A stretch of 63,959 nucleotides of DNA, filler included, from Neolecta irregularis DAH-3 (lineage: Eukaryota): NCBI GenBank assembly GCA_001929475.1. It is 10 parts of 10 records of this genome, joined end to end, with 100 filler letters (N's around TTAATTAATTAA, not from the genome) between each part and the next. Parts side by side here need not be neighbours in the genome. Positions count along the whole stretch, not along the records: positions 55,074 to 61,695 come from LXFE01000870.1; positions 61,796 to 63,959 come from LXFE01000872.1; 8 more parts are not named here. One strand, 5' to 3'. The position numbers and the translations under genes were made by a program. Every line of letters starts with the position of its first letter. The stretch's first letter is position 1. Shown one piece after another: positions 55,416 through 63,959 of the stretch. The notes beneath the pieces were generated by a model. It was not told where the DNA came from. It searched no databases and saw only the letters and a program-made list of their open reading frames with translations.

Positions 55416-56864
55416 CTAATCTCTTCCACCCATGATTGCTCTTGTTATCTCGGAATCGACTCTCTTCAGCTTCATGCTTCTTTTCCGGTAGAGACCCATT
55501 TTCTGGTATTCAATCTCAGGAGCATGGCTTATATCTACACAAGCTGGTTTTCCCGATGTGAGAGGTGAAAAAGAGGCCGATCTGCTTAACGCCGATGGTT
55601 TTAGTTCTAATGGCAATGGCCTTTGCTTATCGCGCGATGAAAATGGTTGCGAATTTTCGCGAATCATACTCAAATAAGTTGCCTGTTGCCCTCCTTCGAG
55701 ATATTGACTATTGGAGAAGGACGACGAAGGAGGGCTGGGTGCATCGCGTAACTGTGGAGAATTGTGGAACATTGAAACGTGAGGATCGACCGTATGCCTC
55801 TGTCTCATGGTAACAAAGTTCCTTTGCTCAAATTGAGGATGAAGTATTCTTAGTCTTTTGGCAGCAGATAGTTCCACACCTTCTCTAAGAAGAAGATTTT
55901 GTGATGATGTGCGGGTCAGGAGATACAGCAAAAAGACAGGAATTCCAGAAGAGTGAAAGAGTGTTTCAGTTATAACGAGAACAAATCGGATGTCTTGTTT
56001 CGTGATACCGAGGACATAGAGAGGTAAGAAAGTGAGCTTGACTATGAGATATTTAAGGAATGATAGAGGTTTACCCATTGTATGGCAACTAAGACTGCAA
56101 ATGAAACGGTCTGGCCATCACTCAGACGGTATTCATGATCATTCCTGAGCCGCCTATAACTGAAAGCGATAAAAGTACTTGAGAAAATGAGAATGAAACA
56201 GGCTGATGCTATATTCACGAGGGCTGAAAGCGCCAGGTTGAATGTTTCAAGGTTATTTCCTATCGAAATTTCCAGGACGTAAGGCGAGCAAGATGGAAGC
56301 TTGAAGAGTTGCGAAGGGAGGTCTAGCAGTGCAGAAAAAACGGCGATAGATACAAGGTGGATGATTTCTCGACGCAAGCGAAACTTTGGGATGAAATCAA
56401 TCACTAACAAACAGGTGACGTACCTGGAAAACAATTCGAAAAACTATTGCCAAACATCGGAAGATCATTACACAGAGAGGTAACCAAAGAGCTTGCCAAG
56501 GTCAATGCAAGATTGAGCTGAAAAGGCTTGCATACCCCACCAAGTTATCCGTCTCCAGGTGTTACAAGCTTCATTAGTCGATTTCCCAGAGTGGATATAA
56601 TAGAACTCAAAGGCGGTCATTGTTACGCTAGATATGAAGATCTAGTCATCAATTTTCAGTTCTGCGCTGTATCTCTACCGCAGCCGAAAGATACAAAGGC
56701 GTTTTCTGAGGTTCGCTCATGCCCTGTCCCTGTCTCTTTGAGTCCACGTAGGCGATTGAAGCAGTTGAAAGACTGGCTATAGAGTTTACAGTTGCCAACA
56801 CCAGGACAGCAAGCTCGTAATCCAGCGAGTGTGTGTCAAGATTTGTCGGGTTTGAGAAGCTCAT
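55416..56864 (-). CDS. Seven-transmembrane protein, GPCR-like candidate
   Basis: Joining about 5 exons gives 7 hydrophobic helices, Cys before TM3 and in ECL2, TM7 LFHSSGIPVFLLYLL and a Ser-rich tail. Confidence 0.65.
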
Positions 56865-57497
56865 ACATGAACCGATGAAATGAGTGAGAGAAGTGGGAAA
56901 AGAGTTGAGCCACGCCCTAAAGCTTTAGGCCTGGTACATTTGGTTCCCCTTTTGACAAATAATGAAAGGTTTCAGATCGAGCTTAATGGTTTTTAGATAT
57001 GATACGATCATCAGACGTGAAAGCTAGTGAAGCCAAGTTTGCTGGAGTGAATTCTTTCACAGCACACAATCAGGGCCATACCTCGGGACAGGTGTAAAAC
57101 ACGAGAATTTGTACGCCAATCTCGTAATAAAAGTGCCAAATCAGTCTTTGGATTTCAGTAACGATAAAAAGAAAGTTGCTCTGGAAATGATTTCCTAGTC
57201 AAGGCTGTCTATAGGCCTGAAACGAACAAAGTAGAGATATCAAAGGGTATTCTAAAGACTAGTGTTCAGTCATAGAAAGGCGGAATAGTACTTGTAGTAT
57301 CAAATACACTGATTGAAAATATCGCTCCAAGAGTGAAAGATCTTAGATATGGTCAATTGAGACCGATGTCCAGAATCCATGCTATATATCAGCACAGCAG
57401 CTAATTCCACTGAAATATCATAGCTAATGATTACATGTACTTTGTTGGGGGTCAGACGTAACTATATAATCAGAGGCAATGACCTAGCGCTTGTGAC

Positions 57498-58637
57498 ATG
57501 TCTATCACCCCTTTTAACGCAAGTTTAATTCCCGACCTTTCTGGGAAGATTGCCCTTGTTACTGGCGGCAATACGGGCATTGGTTATATAACCTGCCTTG
57601 AACTTGTCCGACATAATGCCAAAGTTTATCTGGGGGCTCGAAATAAGGACCGTGCTCAGGAAGCGATCAAGCAACTCAAGAACCAAGGTTTGCTGAATTC
57701 CATGGTATTTGATTCGAATTGCAGTCCCAACTGCACAGGTCGAGTGGTTGTCACTTGACTTGGGAGACTTGAATCGGGTCGAGGAAGCAGCGAGCAACTT
57801 TAAAAAGAAGGAAAGTAGACTTCACCTTTTGATCAATAATGCCGGGGTTTGATTCTCTCAGGTTGTCAGTATGCTTATATCAAGATTATGGCCACTCCGT
57901 ACGAAACGAATAAAGATGGCATCGAGATTCAATTCGCGACCAACTATATCGGGCATTTCTTTCTCACACATCTACTTCTCCCGACGCTTTCCTTGACCGC
58001 TAAAGACTCTGCTGCTCACCAAGTTCGCGTTGTCAATATATCCAGCCTGGCCCATAACATGGCTCCAAATGGCGGAATTAATTTCGATGATCCGAATAAC
58101 ACTGGACGATTTTTCCTCAAACCTTGGGCTCGGTATTGAAACAGACTCCTTTTCTAACTCGCCTAGATATGCACAATCTAAACTGGCAAACATCCTTCAT
58201 GCTAATTACCTTGACCGGCACTACAGTAATCGAGGGATCGATTTTATTTCCTTGCATCCTGGCAGCATTAGTACGACATGTTGTAGTTCTTGCTGATTTA
58301 AGAAAGTGATTTGATTCGAGGTCCTGTGTCTTACTGTACCACAAGACTAGGAATTTTCTAACGATCAGCCTGCATTTTCAAAGTTATCTACTGGTTTGCC
58401 TTTTTTGTCTTTATCACACCGGATCAAGGAGCGTTGACGACTTTGTTTGCTGCAACGTCGCCAAAAGCGGAGTCGGGAAAATATTATATTCCATTTGGCA
58501 AAGAAGGAACTATTTCTTCTTGTGCGGGTGATGATAAACTTCAAGACGTATGTGTCGCTATTTATATATTGACAATTCAGAGACTTTATGAATGGACTTG
58601 CACCAAGCTCAAGTCTCTTGGATATATCCAAGATTGA
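57498..58637 (+). CDS. Short-chain dehydrogenase/reductase (retinol-DH/WWOX-like)
   Basis: TGGNTGIG, LINNAG, QFATNYIGHFFLT, RVVNISS, YAQSKLAN, LHPG. Confidence 0.93.
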
Positions 58638-58670
58638 ACATCGCAGTCAATACGTATCTAGTTTTATGGC

Positions 58671-59078
58671 TTATTTCGTATTACTCAACAGATTTGAAAG
58701 TTTGATGCTGTCTTTATTCTGTTTCCGCTGAAACTCTCTTGTTTTCCAATGCTCGTGATTTACAACTGGAGAGTCACTTTTCTTTGGATCTATCCGTTTT
58801 CCGCCGTTGGAGATGGTCCATAGCCACGATGGATATTCTGATTCAGGTAATGCAACTGGATCTGACCCGAGCTTGAGAATATTGAGACCTTTGAGAATAG
58901 TTCCCTCTGGGCATGAACTCGTTGGTATAAGAGAGCTTGCTTCTGGCTGTCAACTATAATAATATTTGGATCTACCAAAAGTGCGCGATGCCGAGTATAA
59001 TCTGTTGCGAATTCCGCTTGGAACATTTATTCTGGGAATTATTTGTAAAAGATGGGCAAATGGTCCGACTGCGGTCAT
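58671..59078 (-). CDS. MRPL37: Mitochondrial ribosomal protein mL54 (MRPL37); absent from the ORF track
   Basis: Presequence-like exon 1, then SSCPEGTILKGLNILKLGSDPVALPESEYPSWLWTI...RKQNKDSIKLSN. Confidence 0.88.
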
Positions 59079-59125
59079 TTAGGAGGTTGAAATCTGGACA
59101 GCCAGTCACTAAACAGCAGCCTTCC

Positions 59126-61105
59126 ATGGGACTTTTGACTGCAGTTGGCGCTCCGTTATCATGGCAAGACACCAAGAAGCATGCTGACCATGTCCGGTAC
59201 CATGGAATCACTCAGTTCATCAACATTTGGCGATCTGCCAAGAATAAAGAACGGGATGCGCTGATGTGGGGCGATGAAGTACGACACAAATAACACGAGA
59301 TTGATACTTAGATTGAATACCATGTCATTGCATTTGACGACGAAAAGAAGAATGCAAAGATATGCCTGCGATCATCCGAGATTTTGCAGCAATTGAAGAG
59401 TCAGCAAAGTGGTGCATTATTCCATGAAGAATATGGGAGGTACATGCTGGAGTCGACTCCGGGGACGCCTTATACAGGGGGACTACAAGATCTTTTGACA
59501 GTGGAAACAAACATGCGTAATAGGTGTTGTTACGACTTGACCAACGCTAAGTGTTGAGACGAAGGGTGGCGAAGCAGAGTATGAATGCGGATGAATATCC
59601 GATTACGATACCTGCCTTTCCGCGCCTTGGAGCGCCTGGACAATTCACGGAACCGTATTTCGAGCCCAGCGGTTCGATTTCGCGGAGCCTGTTTATTCCC
59701 GATGAGATTATCAATGCGCATTTTCGATTTCCAACGCTGACTGCTAATATCCGGGAGAGAAGGAAGAGTAAAGTTGCTATGAATGTGCCTGTATTCGTTG
59801 ACACGAATACGCCTCGGCCGTTTATTGACGCTATGATTCCGGATAGATATTTGTATCCCGAAGACGACGACTCGAGAGCCGGAGCTGCAAAAGAAGATCA
59901 CATATATATGGACGCAATGGGATTTGGGATGGGCTGTTGTTGCCTGCAGATTACGTTTCAGGCCAAGAATGTGATTGAAGCCAGAAGGTTGTACGACCAG
60001 TTGGCGCCTGTTGGACCGATTATGCTTGCTTTGACAGCTGCGTCGCCTATCTGGAGGGGGTATCTTGCCGACCAGGACGCTCGATGGAATGTGATCGCGG
60101 GGTCTGTGGATGATCGGACTGAGGAGGAGAGGGGATTGAAGGTGTGTTGGTTGGGGTCGCTGCTGACAAGAGGCACTGGAGAACGACCGCTTTGTGATTC
60201 CCAAGTCGAGATACGATACGATCTCGTCGTATATCTCTCAAGATCCACAGCTTCGAAAGGAGTACAATGACACGAATTTGGTGAGAGATGAATCGATACG
60301 GACACGACTGCTTGAACAAGGTGGTTGTAATTTTTATTTTGCTAACGGCAGGCATTGACGAGCTCATGGCCGATCATATATCGCACTTGTTTATCCGGGA
60401 TCCCCTGGTAGTGTACTCTGGGCTTCTTGAACAAGACGACGAGGTGTCTTCGAATCATTTTGAGGCATGCTACCTGGATATTGGGCTTACTATAGAACAT
60501 ACAGTCGACCAACTGGCAGCACATGCGGTTCAAGCCGCCGCCGCCGGGGGGCAATATTGGCTGGAGAGTGGAGTTTCGCAGCATGGAAGTGCAGCCGACT
60601 GATTTTGAGAACGCGGCATTTTCTGTGTTTATTGTTCTTTTGACGCGGGCTATACTCTCGTTCCGGCTGAATTTCTACATTCCTATCTCGAAGATTGACG
60701 AAAACATGAGGGAGGCGCATTGTCGGGATGCGGCTGTGGGGGGGCAGTTTTGGTTTCGAAAGGATGTATTTGGCCCGGGACCTGAGACGGACGGCGACAA
60801 GATGGGTATCGACGAGATAGTCAACGGGGGGACGGGGTTCCCTGGGCTGTGTCCTCTCATTACGCGGTATCTGGACTCTGTGAACACGGACATTGAGACG
60901 CGGTGCCAGATCGAGCAGTACCTGGGGGTGGTGTCGAAGAGGGCGAGCGGTGAGTGCGGTGTGAGCGGAGCTGACTGCAGGGACTGTTCCGACGGCCGCG
61001 GGGTGGATGCGCGAATTTGTGGGGGAGCACGAGGACTATTTGCACGACAGCATTGTAAGCCAAAGGATAAACTATGATCTTTTGAAGAAGATGTGTGATG
61101 GATAG
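59126..61105 (+). CDS. GSH1: Glutamate-cysteine ligase catalytic subunit
   Basis: MGLLT..G.PLSW, MWGDEIEY, EYGRYMLESTPG, HIYMDAMGFGMGCCCLQITFQ, HFENIQSTNWQ, IGWRVEFRSMEVQPTDFENAA. Confidence 0.97.
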
Positions 61106-61130
61106 GACGTATAAGATATTGATTGATGCC

Positions 61131-61296
61131 GACACGTGATACCCTGAGATACCTCTGACACGTGAGATACCTCTGACACGTGAGATACCTCTGACACGTG
61201 AGATACCTCTTGGTATTGATTGACGTGAAGCAACGTCATCGTGAAATACTCACGTGATGTGTATGATTCTTATGACACGTGCATACGTCTGACTCA
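61131..61296. promoter_or_regulatory. 18-bp tandem repeat (GACACGTGAGATACCTCT) / CACGTG cluster plus TGACTCA
   Basis: CACGTG at 61133, 61159, 61177, 61195, 61251, 61276; TGACTCA at 61290; regulatory role inferred. Confidence 0.55.
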
Positions 61297-61311
61297 ACGT
61301 CAATATCCCAA

Positions 61312-61695
61312 ATGGCCATTCCCGGCCTTTCCAAGGCCCGGTATTCCGGGGTCACGGTATACGAATACAAGGTGTCTGGGTCGCCGGGGGTCGCGGTGAT
61401 GCGGCGGGCGCAGGACAACTACGTCAACGCGACGCACATCCTGATCTGCGCGGGGCACGACAAGGCGGCGCGCACGCGGATCCTGGAGCGCGAGGTGCAG
61501 ACGGGGCCGCACGAAAAGATCCAGGGCGGCTACGGGCGGTACCAGGGTATGTCGCCGCCCTGCTGGCGCACGCTGACGTCAGGCACGTGGGTCGACTATG
61601 CGCGCGCGCGCGAGCTGGCCGCGCAGCACGGCGTGGCCGCGCGGCTGGCGCCGATCTTCGACCTGGGCGCGTCGGCGTCGGCGTCGCCGCCGGGC
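61312..61695 (+). CDS. Mbp1/Res1/Res2-type APSES (KilA-N) transcription factor, N-terminus only
   Basis: ARYSGVTVYEY, AVMRRAQDNYVNATHIL, RTRILEREVQTGPHEKIQGGYGRYQG|TWV; cut by gap. Confidence 0.92.
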
Positions 61696-63399
61696 NNNNN
61701 NNNNNNNNNNNNNNNNNNNNNNNNNNNNNNNNNNNNNNNTTAATTAATTAANNNNNNNNNNNNNNNNNNNNNNNNNNNNNNNNNNNNNNNNNNNNTGATA
61801 GAACGGATTGATCTTTGCCCAGAAAGGACCCTTGAATGTTGCGAGTGGATGAAGAGCAACAAGATAGAACACATAGCCGAGGGCCTATATGATTAATTCA
61901 AATCATAATAGTTAAAATTACCAGTGCAACAGTTGTGCATACGAATGCAATTGTGGGATGTGAGAAGATGAAGTTGGCTCTTTGAGACAGGACTTGGAAC
62001 ATATTCGTCCGTTTGTCTCATTTTGCAGGGTGCAATATCGATTACTTTATTTGAAGCTGCTGGCCAAACTGGCTCCGAAGGACACAGTATTCTTGTTTGT
62101 CAAATGGCCAAGGCAATAATCCTTTGGCCTTTATCATCCTAGAAATCAATTTCCATCGCTATCTTAGCGTAGGGAACTGAAGATAATTAGAGGCTTTGTT
62201 CCTATCTTTACTTCCAACTCAGGGAGACATAACTATGTTGCAATCGAAGCTGACGGGTACGATAACTGTTGAGAACTTCCAATGGATTTGGCATTTCCCG
62301 ATATTTAGCTTCCATCTTGGCTACTCGTGAATCATTCGCAACCACATGACGAGATGGCAATAGATCTCTACATCGTTCTTCTCACGAAGAACATTCTTAA
62401 GTTGTTTTGGGTTGGTTTACATTTGAAAATGATTGGACCTAGTGACTCCTATCTCCCAGGCTTTGCTCATGGCCGACTGTCCTGCCCCAATCTTCTCAGC
62501 CTGTCAGAAATTCCTACGTCCTCCTGCACTCGTATCTCCTGCGCTCGTATCTCTTGTCCGATCTCCATCAGCAACTTGTTTGTTCGATGCCAACACCTGC
62601 TTCTACCGCCAGCGATACTCCTTTCGGCTGCCCATTACACCTCATCGTTACTGTTTGTTGAATTGCCGCTGCCCTTGGCTCCTCTGGCCTTGTGGCAATA
62701 GGGAAGCTTCATCTCGTAAAAGAGAATTTCCATCATACTGTTTCCCTCAAAATCCGGAAGAGAGTTGTGGCAAAAAGGAATACATTACAGATCCTATAGC
62801 ATTGTACCTACAGAGGCCGTCACCAAACTCTGGAAGCGAGGAGGCGGAATTATAAGCTCCCTTTATTTGCCCTTTTTTGGTAAACTGACAAATTGATTGG
62901 ATAGCCTAACTCCGTAGCTTATTCTCGTATTAACCAGTAGATTTCTGGCGACGTTTGTCATGTGCTTGTTGCAATATGTTAACGTTTCGCAAGCGGAATT
63001 GTCTAGATTTTGTCCTACCCTTTCAGATATTGGTATGGGTAAAGTTTTGCACAAACCTTCAGCATTAATCGTCCCTTGGGCAGTTCGGGAGAGAAGATAT
63101 ACCCACAAGCGTAAACGGTTGAGAAAAAGGTACGTGCATACTTCTTGAGAAGACTATGCGCGGTTCTTTCACGCGATGACGTGGAAAAATTCAAATTTTC
63201 TTCTGCCCTTCTCTGAAATAGTTTATCTCAGGCTAACTAAGCACTTGCAATTTTCTGTCGATCATCTCTCTATTTATTCCTTTAAGAGATGGAGCAAGGA
63301 ATTCCATTAGTGTCTGGTTACTTCGCAAAGGGACATGTCAGACACTAATTATGAATGTTCTATTTCCTGTCATTGATTTGGCTTCTTCCTCTTCAGATT

Positions 63400-63490
63400 A
63401 TGGAAATATAAATGGAAATCTGAATCCGAACCTGGATTCAGATTCATGAATCCATGCTTCTTGAATCTGAATCTGATCAATTGATTCATT
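63400..63490. repeat. GAATC/GATTC inverted and direct short repeat cluster
   Basis: GAATCTGAATC...GATTCAGATTC...; probably a transposon subterminal remnant. Confidence 0.4.
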
Positions 63491-63658
63491 CATGGGGTAG
63501 TTTTGGGGATGGGATAACAAAGTGTTTGAAATTGAGATACTATCTAGACTTTGTAGTAGGTGATTATTGAGTGACAATTATTCCCAACTAATCTCAGCAT
63601 TGATATATTCTAAAAGGTTTGTATGTAATTTGCTCTCTACTCCTAACCATCATCAAGT

Positions 63659-63770
63659 CAGTGTTAGGGGCCAGCTGTGGGCTTAGCCCTGCCCATTAAA
63701 GCCCCTATTGCTGCCCTCTAGTGTTGTGGACGGGCCATGGGCTTAGCCCGGCCCATGAAAAGCCCGTGGT
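63659..63770 (+). mobile_element. hAT-like left-end fragments
   Basis: CAGTGTT and TAGTGTT starts each followed by GGGCTTAGCCC(T/G)GCCCAT. Confidence 0.45.
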
Positions 63771-63876
63771 CTCCAGCGTCTCTCCTGCCTTGCCCACCCA
63801 TCTCGCCTCGCCCGCCCGTCTCGCCTGCCTCTCCCATCTCGTGCTCCTTCTCCCCCACCTCGCCCACCTCACTCGC

Positions 63877-63959
63877 TGTAAGGATATATCCGTGGTATTA
63901 CCGGATATATCTTACCAATGAAGCAAGTGGCGGAAAAGAAATAACGGCAATTGTATTTA
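63877..63959 (+). mobile_element. LTR-family copy (cut by window end)
   Basis: Near-identical to 28222-28303 and to the reverse complement of 31889-31970. Confidence 0.85.

Noticed and set aside
59530-60204. 224-aa antisense ORF and similar shadow ORFs over conserved genes
   Set aside because: Explained by codon bias of the sense gene; no independent motifs
61796-63200. Short ORFs and coding-like texture, possibly a decayed minus-strand gene
   Set aside because: Many stops, no recognisable motif; cannot support a call

Overview
Gene-dense fungal genomic scaffold (mostly ~40% GC by eye). It consists of about 10 contigs joined by artificial 100-nt spacers (44 N + TTAATTAATTAA + 44 N). Ultra-short introns (about 31-45 nt), tiny intergenic distances and the protein sequences suggest an early-diverging ascomycete (Taphrinomycotina, possibly Neolecta; this is inference). 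About 30 spliced genes can be reconstructed by hand. Housekeeping genes include ILV1, RPN11, RCF1, TBCD, DBP4, FAD1, DBP10, eEF3, a TBC GAP, a Cys2/Met2-like acyltransferase, PET191, TGL1 (partial), OPI3, RNH203, ESA1, ESF1, an EF-hand NDH-2, RPL4, an SFK1-like gene, FAU1, an SDR, MRPL37, GSH1 and an Mbp1/Res-like APSES factor (partial). There are also solo LTRs, hAT- and pogo-like fragments, and a decayed CFA-synthase-like pseudogene. The most notable items are: (1) a tandem pair of F-box + PP2/Nictaba-like lectin genes, an architecture best known from plants; (2) about 10 GC-AG introns among roughly 110; (3) a 3-nt microexon; (4) a tandem double Zn2Cys6 regulator; (5) a secreted PAN/apple-like protein and an orphan 7TM receptor candidate; (6) a palindrome-capped LTR family; (7) a CACGTG array upstream of a GC-rich APSES gene. 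All gene models and family calls are by eye; no searches were run.
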